A stretch of DNA of 64,000 bases from Yuukianura sp. NJ FZ-2021 (taxonomy: Eukaryota), in the NCBI GenBank assembly GCA_046563655.1, contig CM102290.1:14322001-14386000 (forward strand), in the 5' to 3' direction. The notes below the pieces were generated by a model. The model did no database searches. It was not told where the DNA came from and worked only from the letters and a program-made list of their open reading frames with translations. The translations under genes and the position numbers were made by a program. Positions 49,801 to 61,542 of this stretch are shown piece after piece. Each line of letters begins with the position of its first letter. Positions within the stretch are counted from its first letter, which is position 1.

Positions 49801-52800
49801 TAATCTACAACCCCACAAATTTTCAAAATCCAAAATTTTTTCAAATTCCAAAAATATTTTCAAAAGTACTTACATCAAGCGATCTGTTGTGAAGATTCTT
49901 GACAGCTGAGAGGTAAAAAGTACTGGCAATGTGATACTGTTCTTTAAAACTTCTGAAACTGTTGTAAAGGAACTTGAACTGAAACAGCAACAACAGTAGA
50001 TTCTCCGTGGCCATACTGTCTTTGACAGCCTTTGACGGTAGAACATCAATCAATATAGAGTTGGCAGTCACTTTCGACGGTCCAGCCACACCACCACTAG
50101 TAGATGCTTGAGAAAAGCTGGCAGCATCTTCGGCAGTATTCTGGATTTCATCAATCTTTCCTTGGAGCAAGTCCAGTACCTCAACAACATCGATTCTGTC
50201 ATTGGATCCTAGCCCACTTTGTATTGCATCCAGCCACTTCCTGACCTGGGTCAAATTCTTCTCCGACCGCTTCACCTTCAGTTGCTACAAAACAAGAAAA
50301 CAGCACATACTGTCAGCATGAACCATAAAAATACTGCCAGCATCAGCATCATATACTGCCAGCATCACTTAAAAATAAAGTTGTTAACTTACCGCCAGTC
50401 CACAGCTGATCATTTCCAAAATGTCAGTCGGTTCGATCGAAACTTCGGCACAAATTGTCAAAATGTTTTGAGCATTTGGCGCTCTGGCTTCTGCTGTTTT
50501 TTCCTTGATCTTCGCAACTGATTTTTCTTCCTCCATCACACCAAAAAACTCCGCTTCGCAGAGTGGCAGGAGCGATTGGACGTGAATTTCAGATGGATTC
50601 GTTTTGAAGCGTTCTTTAGCACTGGAGAGGAGAATGGACACAGTATTGTTCAAAACGTGCTTTTGAAATCCAACCTTCAAATTGGCCTTGAGGTAATTCA
50701 GAATCTTCCCAAATGAAATAAACTTCGTCCGGACAGTGAGCAAACTTCGGAGCGTATTTCTGGCGAGTAGTCTCGTGCGATGTTCCTTGGACTTCATACA
50801 TTGACAAATACTTGGAATCAGCTTGTCTTTTACTTGCTCCGATAAAGTTGGTGGGAAGCGTTCCAGCATCTTGGCTACTGCCAAAGTACATTCAGCCATT
50901 AGCGAGTAATCAACAGTGTCCGAGTCTCCTTTCTTCTCAGTGAAGTTGCAGAGACGTTCATTGAGACGCTGAAGGAGTGGACGATAGGATTCTGTCAAAG
51001 CGTCAACTTCTTCATCTGGAACGCGAATCAGCTTCTCTCCCTTTACTTTCTCGGGTTTGACACTTTCTTCGTCTTCGTCAACTTCCATGTCATCTGCATC
51101 AGTCACTTTTTCTAAAAACCAACAAAAAATCAAAGCGTCTTCAAAATTTCAATTTTTTTTTTCAAAATTCTCACCTTCAACATCCACCAGAGTGTATGGA
51201 AATCCGTTGATGATTGCCAGCATCAAGCGCTTGTATCTCTTGGCAAACACTGGATCCGTCGGTGGTTTGGCCAAAACGCTGCTCAGAAGTCGTAAATACT
51301 GCATCGGTGACATCAACTTCACAGCGGACTTATAGACCTACAAACCAGTTTAAAGTTAATTAATCAATTAGTTAATTAATCACAACTAGTAACTAATTGA
51401 GTTCTTACCTTGATCGAACAATCCACAAGGTTGTCCACGACACTTTGAGCCTTGCTGACCTTGGCTCCAGTCTTACTCTTATCAACTCTGCCAGTATTTA
51501 TTCCATAAGTGGCTAGCGGCAGAATGTAATCTCTTAGCAAATTGATTCCAAAACAGTTTTTAAATGGCTTCGTCTCCTCGTCCTCAGTTAGTTGTCGATC
51601 CAGTATCTTCACAAGTCTATGATTAACAAAAAAAAATTAATCACGATTAACACAAAATTAATGACGGTTAACTAACTTTATACTTAAGTTTAAGTTGGAA
51701 ATCATCAATCTAAAACTTACTTGTTCATCGCTCTCGTTTTCTCATTGACTTGAATTCCAGTCAAAGCATTCAGAATGTCATTGTCCTCCTCTTCGTTGCA
51801 CAGAGGAGCCAATCCTTGGAGAATGTGATCATACTGGGGACATTCCAGCACAAAAGTGCGTAAAAGCAGCAGTACATTCGGAAAAGCATCCACTCCGTTC
51901 TTCCAGTTCAGAATACTTGCCAGCGTTGGCATAGTAACGACTCCCTTGATGAAAGTTTTAACCGATTCTGCGTCCAGCTCAAGCGCACTTATCATCTTAC
52001 TGATGTACTTGAAGACTCGCAATGCATTTTGCACTGTTCCAGCTTCCTTTTCCTGGTTCAAACAAAAACCATTTTTCAAAAAAAAACATGTACAAAAAAA
52101 TTTTTGAATTTTTTTTTTCAATTTTTCACATTGAGCAGCAGTCCCATGAGGAAGTTTCCGACGATCATGAGCCGTGGGAGCGTAAATTTGGCTGGAAGCG
52201 GTGGATGGAACATGTCTATCAGCGTCCGCCACCCTTTCTGTCGTCTTGCGTAGTCCGGTGCTGTTAAATCTTTTTGATTGTCAGCACACAAGTCCAGAAG
52301 AGCTTCTCGGCACATCGTGTCTCCAAATCCATCCAGTAGTCCCAACAGGGAAGCTTTTTGCTCCGGTGACTTCATCGGCGAACGGAAGTTTGGTGACAAA
52401 AGTCTAAATTCAAAAACAAGTTTCAACTTTTTGATAAAAAGTCTCAAATTTTTCAAAAAACTACAACGTTTTAAAAAATGTGATCTTACATGAGCAGCTC
52501 TTCGTCATCGGGAAGTTTTTTGACAATTTCACCTATGACGCCCAAGTAGGCAACTTTCGCATTCATTTTCGTAATGACCTTCACAAGACCTCGATCCGAA
52601 ATCAGTTTCGGCCCAATTTGCTTCACCTCATTGGCAGTCGAGTTGGCAGAAATGATTTGCACAAGTTTCAAAAATTTGGAACACGAGTCACGAGACCCAC
52701 TGGATGACACCAATTTTTGAAATGTCCGCAAAGTGTCAAAGTTCAAAAACGTCGGTTTGAGGTGAAGCAGAATGTTCGTCTCCAGACTCAGATCGGGGTC

Positions 52801-55800
52801 TGCACAACATCAAAATTGTCAAAGTCAGTATCAAAAAAGTTTGAATTTTTGAAAGTTTGAAAATTTTCAAAATTTTGGAAAATCTTACAATCCAGATCTT
52901 TGAAAAGAATTCCCATCAATTCTTTTTTGCTCTCGTCCAACTCCGGTGGCTCGTCATCCAGAAGATCAAAAAATATTTCCATCACAAACTTTTTGACAGC
53001 GCTTGACGTGGACGGTGCTTCCAGTACTTGAATCAATCGTTCCACGGAAGTCAGTTTGGATGCTGGCAGTATTTTCAGCAGTAGAATACGGTATCTAAAA
53101 AAAGGTTTCAGTTTCCATAAAATGTGTTTCAAAATTCAAAAAATCAGGTCTCAAATTGTTCTTTTTTTTTTTTTTTTTCAAATTTTTACCTTTTGTCCTG
53201 ACTCAGCGTTTTCAAAAAGTTCATCGCAGTACTGACTCCTCCAGTCGACGTTTCCACCAATTTTTCCAGTCTTGGAGCAGCAATGTAATGGAACACTTTT
53301 TGGTACCAGTACTCCAGTAGTGCTGTTGATCCGACAGCATTTTCGTAAACATACTTCACAATTCGAAATCCAGTGGCAATGATTTGACGTCGGTGGGCCA
53401 GTACTCCGGTGTCCCCTTCCATGTCCGGATCATCAGTAAGCAACAAATCCTCCACATTTTGTCCCGTTTCTTCTCCAGCATCTTGTACTTCTCCAGCTTC
53501 TTGTACTCCTCCAGCATCTTCTGGTACCTCTTGGACTTCTCCAGCATTTCCCGGTACCTCAGCACCTCCGGCATTTTCCAGTAGCTCTTCATATCCGACA
53601 TTCTCTGGTACCGCTTTTTCACCTTTGACCTTGACTGGTACCGCTTTTTCAACTTTGACCTTGACTGGTACCGCTTTTTCAACTCTGACGTTGACTGGTA
53701 CCGCCACTTCCTCAAGAATGTTGTCACCTTCGAGTTCTGGATCTTGGATCATGCCATCTCCCTCTTCTTGGTCATCCTCAACACCCTCCAATTCTGGCTC
53801 ATGTCCTTCCAATCCATCAATCATCTCAAGGTCACCCTCCTCCTGCTCAACTTCCATTTCCGCATCATTCTTCGTCAAAAGCTCCTGAAGTTTACGCAAT
53901 CGCTGAATACTGCCAGTTTTCTTGGGCGAAGCGTCATTTTCTGAAAGTCCATCGATCGCAAAACGGAAACTGCGGTGCGGTGATTCGTTTTCAGCGTCAC
54001 TCTTGTCGTCATCGACTGCCATCTCCACGTCACCAAGTTCCTCTCCGTCTACAACCACTTGACGACCATCCTCTGATGTCACCAGTGATCCAGGAGCAGC
54101 GTCACCATCAGCGATCCGTACAAAAGTAACAGCCATTTGGAGCAAGCGCTCCGTCAGTTTCGGAAAAGCATGTTCCCACGTCGTTATCATCAACTCAATC
54201 AGGCGCATTCTTCTGTACAGGTGACCGTAGTTCACGGGCGGATCATCTGACAAGAAACAAAACAAATTAACATTGACTTTACCTTAACGTCAACACATTT
54301 AACGTTAAACTTCAACTGTTAGCCAAACTAGTTTAACTTTTAACCCACCTTCTTTTTTGTTGTAGCTCCAAAACGTTCCAATGACCAACTGAATGAGCTG
54401 CTTCACTTCATGTTCGTGGAATCCCATAAGCCCTTTGAGGATCGGCGACAAGCTTTTACTGGACACTTTCCGCTTTGACCCCAACGAAGTCCACAGTCTT
54501 TGAGCAATCAATCTGAAACATCAAATCATTAATTAATCATCAAACAAGCGTTAATTAGTTAATTAATCAGTTATCTTCTCAAGTTAAAACTTCTTAGCTT
54601 ACGGCAGAACCAGTTCAGTCATCAAAATTTTACGATCGCTTTCTTCCAGAATGATCGGCTCAACAGCATCTACTCCAAATCCAGTCAAATCAACAACTTT
54701 CCCTTCAATGTAAGTCTTTACGCTCTCCCTGTGCAAAAATCACAAAAGTGTAAAAAATTGATTAAAAAACAAAAAGTTTTGTTCTCTTTTTTAAAACAAA
54801 ACTTTGTTTAAAAACAATTCTTTACTTACTTGTACTTTTTCAGTGGTTTCTTGTGCAGCCTGCACACGGTGACTATTCCAGCGTCTCGCAGAGCAGGATT
54901 TGTGCTCATCAGGAAATGGATTAAAGTCTCTCTAAATTCAAAAACCTCTTCCATGTCCTCTAGGGTTGAGCATCTTCCAAGCCACGTGATCACACTCGCT
55001 AGATGTCTAAAAACAAAAACAAACGACTTTTTTTTTCAAAAAAAAAAAAAACATTTTGAAAATAAAAAAGTTTTCTGAAACGCAGGTCAGAGGTTAGATT
55101 CTTACGATGGTTGAGATCCGTCTGGCATGGGTTTGAACCCATAACGCGGAGGCTTGTGAACATGTTTACTAAAATTTCAAAAAAATATTTCCAAATTCAA
55201 AAGAAAATCATGAATTTTAACTTTTTAACTTTTTTAACTTTCGGTACTTACGCCAGTATGTTTCGGGCCAACTTCATAGTTGCAGTTGCAAACATTTTTG
55301 TGACACAGCTGACATCCTTAGTTGCGGCTACAATTTCCCACAGCCTGGTACAATACTCTTGATAATCCAAATCCGTATATCCGTTTTCACCAAGTCCAAC
55401 TGACTTCACATTGAACAAGGCATACTCGTACTTCTCAAACACCGATTCACCTAAACACAATTAGTTCAACAATTAGTTAATTACACTAAAACTAAAGTAA
55501 TTCGACAAAGTTCAAAGGTATTTCGGCCTACCTCGATTGTTAATTCTTTTGAGACAAGCTGGAACTTCTGGATACTGCTCCCTGCCACTCAGTTTCAACA
55601 TAATCAGTAGCTGCACATCCAGTTGATCTCCAGGACGTTCACTACAACAAGCATGGATCACCTTGGCACACATTTTCTTCACGGGCTCAAACTTACAGAA
55701 CAACAGTCCCAGGCAGTAGTTCACTAAAAACGTGTTCTAAAAACACACAAAATTAACTTTTACAACTCCAAAATTTAACATTTTTAAATGTTACAATACA

Positions 55801-58800
55801 TGGCGATTGTTTTTGAAAACTTACAACATCGAGGTGTCCAATTGTAGCCAAGGCAAGGAGGAACTCCATGAGTTGATTCGTTTCAGAGATGGACGGATTC
55901 TGGAGTAGCCACAATTCCATGTTCAAAGCCGCTTTACAGGCTTCGTGGATGTTGGTCGAATTCCCCTTCAGTGTTCCAATGTGATACTGAATCGAAATAG
56001 CAATCATTCTTAGCTAAAAACAAACAAACAAAATCCTTTTTAAAAGTTCAATTTCTAAAAATTCAACTCAGTTTTTAACTTTTAACTCACGACGGCATAT
56101 CCAGAGCGCAGATACTTGGCAATGGTGATCAAAATAGGACTGTAGTTCAGTTTGATTGGTGCTTCACTCAGATCTGGAGTCATTGCAGCCAGTAGGTAGT
56201 CCATAGTTTTCAATACCCACAGATCCTGTCCCTCCTTCACTGTTTCTGGACACTGCAGCATTTTGACCAGCACTTGAAGAAATGACAACTGCTGCTGGAA
56301 GGAGCACTTTGGCCATGGGGTGGCCAGGATTCCAGGATTGAGCAGCACTTCGAAGTTGTAGCCATCAGCGATGACCAAAAACGTTTGAAGGCAGGCAGGC
56401 CTCTTCCACAACTTGAGATTCTGGGGGTTGGTGGTCGTAAAGTACCACAAGTAGTAACTATACTCCGCTGCAGTCAGAGACAGGCACTGACGAAGCCAAC
56501 CGTCCATTTCAACATCTCCACGCACTGCATCACAAAACCTTAAAAACAAACAAAAAAAAGTTGTAAACCGTTGTACTTAAGTAGCGAAAGATGGCATCTC
56601 AGAGAGTACACCATGGCGAACCATAATGCACTTACAGAACTATACCGTTCATAACTTTATGTACAGAAAAAAAAATAGAAAAAAAAAGTTGACCTTTGAC
56701 CCAGACGGTCACCTAGCGTCAAATGATGTACACAAAAGTTGTGATCTAGATAAAAGCAGTGTTGCTGGATATCCACTTTCTTTGAGGTTTCCTCCAGTGG
56801 ATAATATATTTCATCCGGTTTTATCCGGAAGAAATGGCTGGATAAAATGAATTCTTCCACCTATTTTGATGTAGGTGGAAGAAATATTTTATCCATCCAG
56901 CAACACTGGATACGAGGATAACCGGCCAGACAGACAGAAAGACAAGGTCAAAGCATAAAATAGCTTTTGCTACTTAACAAATCATCAAAAAATAAAGTCA
57001 ATTAATTACTTTAATTATTTTATACAAAACTTACTGGTCACGCGTGAGGTCACCGAAGGTAAACTGCAGGCGAAGATAAGGTCGGTGTGTTTTGCGAATA
57101 CTGTCAATAGCCGTACAGAGTTCACCAGGAAACTGCGGTTGGAATACTGAAGTACTCATTCCGTGCATCGTTCCATTCAGTTCATGTTGCAGCATCCGCG
57201 TTTCGATCATGTAATCAGCATACAGTTCCAGCCGAGTTGGGTCGTCAAGCTCCAGTCCAATATCTAGCGACAGCATGTCAGTGATAGATTCTGGATGCTT
57301 GACCAGTGCTTGCCAAATCCGTCTTCGGAGTGGCCAGGAAACAGTATTGAACGTAAGGAACTCCGCAATTGGCAGAAGTAGAGGAATCGCCAGCCTGTAA
57401 CTAGGATTGCAAATTGCAACTAAACAGTTACAAACTTGCTTCTGCGTTTCGTCGTCCCACGTATCATGGTTCACAACGCGAAAGAACTTTTGGATTCCTG
57501 CTGGACCGTCGAATGGAAATTCACCTTTGCTTGAACTGTCAGATTCTGATTGGATATAATGATTGTACTTTCCGTGTAAAGCGATGTCCATTAGTTTCAA
57601 GTACTGGTGAGCATGAGGCACAGTCTGGATCCGATCGTACATAATCTACAAAAAACAAAGTTTTTGAAGTCATGTTGACCAAAATTTTCAAATTTTCAAA
57701 AACTGTTACCAGGATACGTGCCGCGACTTGTCTTTTGGCGTAGTCATCAGAAAGTCCTTTCTGTGCCAGCAGCAGTTTTTCGCATAAGGTGATCACCATT
57801 TCGTTCCAAATGTGCTCAGAAGGATGTCCGTTCTTTTGAAAACACAAATTTATAGTCTCTTCCAGAATCTTCGCACCGTCCAGAGTAAATTGTCCAGCGT
57901 ATCGTCTAATACTGGAGTAAATGAGCATAGCTATTCCACCGGGTGACTGTAAAAACAAGATTTGTCAAAGTTGGCCAGTTCCGAAAGTACTGGCAGTATT
58001 TAGAAGTTAGGTTTTTGAGTACTTACGATATCATGTTTTGTAATCAAGTCCAGGAGACTGGCGTAGGCTTCCTGTGGTTTGTTCTTAATCAGCAGTCCAG
58101 TATAATGAGCGAAGCACTGGCAAGCCAACACTTGAAACGAGATGTTCTTGCTGTTGAGTAGAACCTTGGCCAGAGAAACGTATTTCTCAAAGTAGTCGAT
58201 TCGTGATCCAATGTGTCCACGCTTGATCATGCGTGCTAGGCACTGAAAAGCATGTTCGATTGTAGGAACGTCATCCAAGAGTAGCATGAGTTTGATGATT
58301 TTCTTCATGAATCGCTGACGATGGGCCTGGAAAAGATCTCCCAAGTCCGTTTCAAGTGCAGTAATTAACCTGATGAACAAAAAACCAAAATTTGTTGACA
58401 ACTCACTTGAAAGTTAGGTTTAAATCAATTAGTAATTGAGGTGTCCTTACTCAAATGTCGAAGCGAGTGAATTTTGCTTGTCCAGGGTGATATGATCATA
58501 GAGTAAGTCAACCAGCCGTTGTTGATCGTGGACAATCTGTGCCAAAACTTGAATTTGTGTCCCGATTTGTTGAACTAATTGAGTAAAGTTTTCGGTGAGG
58601 TCCAAATCACTTAAAGCTTGAATACACTACAATAAACAGAATAGTTGACAATAAACGATTTTTAGTGTAAAGTAATCGATTTACGTTCTATACTGAACGA
58701 TTTAAAGTTACACCAACCTTATAGAATGCTGGAAGATCGTCGTCCTGGTCTAAGGCACCACGTGAAAAGTCTCCTCTCGCATCGCTCACGAGTAAGCGAT

Positions 58801-59082
58801 TACTGACCTCTTCCAGTCGCTTTGCAAATGTGTCAAACTAAACAACAATAAATCAATTAGCATCACTTCAATTAATGTAACGACATCACAACGTAAAGTA
58901 TGTAGCCTTAAGCCTTCGCCTATTATACAAGTACGAAAATTAAATTCCTTGTGTCCTAACACCTTCAGCACAAGTCAAACGACAGAGACGACAATTCAGT
59001 TATGTTAAACACCAATTAATTTGATTCCAATTACTTTGAATGTATTGGTGGACTTATGACGAGTGGTTGTCCGAGGCGCCAT
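46878..59082 (-). CDS. UTP20: Small subunit processome component 20 (UTP20/DRIM), HEAT-repeat protein, >30 exons
   Basis: N-terminus MAPRTTTRHKSTNTFKFDTFAKRL; DLTAPDYARRQKG; LKANLKVGFQKHVLNNTV; AEFFGVMEEEKSVAKIKEKTAEAR; basic C-terminal tail, stop at 46880-46878. Exons line up with the many minus-strand ORFs in the track. Confidence 0.92.
56560..56977 (-). mobile_element. Short HINE in a UTP20 intron
   Basis: Minus-strand start TTAAGTAGCAAAAGCTATTTT, then CTGTCTGTCT, GGGTCAAAGGTCA, 3' subTIR CTTTCGCTACTTA and hairpin remnant CGGTTTACAAC followed by a T-run. Confidence 0.75.
56757..56908. mobile_element. 152-bp MITE, hAT-like, nested in the HINE
   Basis: Perfect 14-bp TIR CAGTGTTGCTGGAT. Flanks GATAAAAG / GATACGAG match 6/8, a possible decayed 8-bp TSD. 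Confidence 0.8.
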
Positions 59083-59422
59083 GATGTTAACTTGTTCTTC
59101 AGCTCCAAGGGTTTGTAAGTGACGATTGTAGTACGATCTGGATCAGTACTCAAGATGTAAATAAGGAGATGCCAGTCGTTCACTTCCAGGGATGTGGATT
59201 TCTCCAATGTATTGTAGTTAATTGTTCAGTAATCGCAGTAATCGTGTTTAATAACAACAGAGTTAGTTTTTTAATCGATTAAGGACAAGCACGTTATGTG
59301 GTGTTTCTCTCCACTTGAATAGCACTTCACTCCACCAAGGGAAGATGAACAGTGAGGAAGAAAACAGAACAAACCGGCACCTCACAGCAGCATGGTTTTT
59401 CTATCTCTTTCTCTCAACCGGT

Positions 59423-59428
59423 CACGTG
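59423..59428. promoter_or_regulatory. Canonical E-box CACGTG near the probable UTP20 transcription start
   Basis: CACGTG lies ~340 bp upstream of the ATG, just upstream of a minus-strand GTGAG donor at 59385. Confidence 0.4.
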
Positions 59429-59562
59429 TAGTGCGAATAGGGTTCACTACGCCCCTCCCATCTATCTATATTAATCTACTAATGAGCCCTTGTCAGTCCG
59501 GGACTGCATAGCAACCGATACTTTGTTGATTTCAAATTCCCTGACCGCGAGTGATTCCCGAC

Positions 59563-60780
59563 AGTGATTTTCCTACTAATTTTTTAACTTTTTGAAATTT
59601 GGAATTATGTTATTTAGAAAGAGTGATTTTCCTACCAAATTTATAACTTTTCGGAATTTGGAATTATGTTATTTAGGAAGAGTGATTTTCCTACTAAATT
59701 TTTAACGTTTTGGAATTTGGAATTATGTTATTTAAAAATACTGATTTTCCTACTAAATTTTTAACTTTTTGAAATTTGGAATTATGTTATTTAGAAAGAG
59801 TGATTTTCCTACCAAATTTTTAACGTTTTGGAATTTGGAATTATGTTATTTAAAAATAGTGATTTTCCTACTAAGTTTTTAACTTTTTGAAATTTGGAAT
59901 TATGTTATTTAGAAAGAGTGATTTTAATACTAAATTTTTAACGTTTTGGAATTTGGAATTATGTTATTTAAAAATAGTGATTTTCCTACTAAATTTTTAA
60001 CTTTTTGAAATTTGGAATTATGTTATTTAGAAAGAGTGATTTTCCTACTAAATTTTTAACTTTTTGAAATTTGGAATTATGTTATTTAGAAAGAGTGATT
60101 TTCCTACTAAATTTTTAACTTTTTGAAATTTGGAATTATGTTATTTAGAAAGAGTGATTTTCCTACTAAACTTTTAACTTTTTGGAATTTGGAATTATGC
60201 TATTTAGAAAGAGTGATTTTCCTACTAAACTTTTAACTTTTTGGAATTTGGAATTTAGTTGATTAGAAAGAGTGATTTTCCTACTAAACTTTTAACTTTT
60301 TGGAATTTGGAATTTAGTTGATTAGAAAGAGTGATTTTCCTACTAAACTTTTAACTTTTTGGAATTTGGAATTATGTTATTTAGAAAGAGTGATTTTCCT
60401 ACTAAATTTTTAACTTTTTGGAATTTGGAATTATGTTATTTAAAAGTAGTGATTTTCCTACTAAATTTTTAACTTTTTGGAATTTGGAATTATGCTATTT
60501 AGAAAGAGTGATTTTCCTACTAAACTTTTAACTTTTTGGAATTTTGAATTATGTCATTTAGAAAGAGTGATTTTCCTACTAAACTTTTAACTTTTTGGAA
60601 TTTTGAATTATGTCATTTAGAAAGAGTGATTTTCCTACTAAACTTTTAACTTTTTGGAATTTGGAATTTAGTTGATTAGAAAGAGTGATTTTCCTACTAA
60701 ACTTTTAACTTTTTGGAATTTGGAATTTAGTTGATTAGAAAGAGTGATTTTCCTACTAAACTTTTAACTTTTTGGAATTT
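59563..60780. repeat. 59-60-bp AT-rich tandem repeat, ~20 copies
   Basis: Unit GAGTGATTTTCCTACTAAATTTTTAACTTTTTG(G/A)AATTTGGAATTATGTTATTTAGAAA, contiguous, without spacers. Confidence 0.96.
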
Positions 60781-61542
60781 GATAATTTTGCTCAGACTTT
60801 TTAACACCAGACACATCAGCTAAAATTTCAGAATTCAGTAGGGAATTTAGAGAATTGGGTGTATCGAGTATTTTGTAGTTATAATTTGGAGGGGGTGTAT
60901 GGATTTGCCGAACCCTGCTCAACTTTCGCAGTGCGAATTGCGAACTTCTCGCGGCTTAAATCTCATTCACCACATCACACACACATGGGCATTCAAAATA
61001 ATTAAAACTACTAAACTTCGTATTTCTGACCTTGAATTACTTTGTTTAATTCATAAGTTAATTGTAACTGTAATTAAGTAAACACCAGAGAATCCAGAAT
61101 TAAATTATTTCTCAATTAGCCCCAAAGTAAATTTAAGAATATATGAACCCCGAATGGGCTATGTTAGACGCTATGTTAGAAAATGATTAGGTTAAGGCTA
61201 TGAGGTTATGTCGTTAAGGTTTTAATGACATTAGGCTAGTGTGCTTAGCGTTTTTTGGATATTCACCGAGCAGGCGCAGTGCTGCTTTTGGGAAAAATCA
61301 AATCATAACATCGTCATTTCAATTTAAGTAGTTCCTATGAATTCCAAAAGTTGTCAAACAGGTTTCCAATTTGCAAATTTTTTTTTTGCAAATTGTAAAC
61401 TTTTGGGAATTGCGAATGTAGTCTATGCCTTAGCTATACCCCAGTTATGGCCGTCATCATGTCCATCTTGGCCTTTTAGTTTCATAGTTAGTGAAGAACT
61501 TTTAGTTCAAAACAAATCGTTTTCGTTCCAAAACATTTAAAA

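Noticed and set aside
46878..59082. Introner-type repeated introns in UTP20
   Set aside because: The introns share composition but no alignable sequence or terminal repeats.
59563..60780. 59-bp array (and the 41-, 131- and 163-bp arrays) as CRISPR
   Set aside because: Units are contiguous with no unique spacers, there are no cas genes, and the context is eukaryotic.
59461..61240. Helitron carrying the 59-bp array (A|TCTATCTATAT start, CTAG|T at ~61236)
   Set aside because: No convincing GC hairpin before that CTAG and no second copy in the window.
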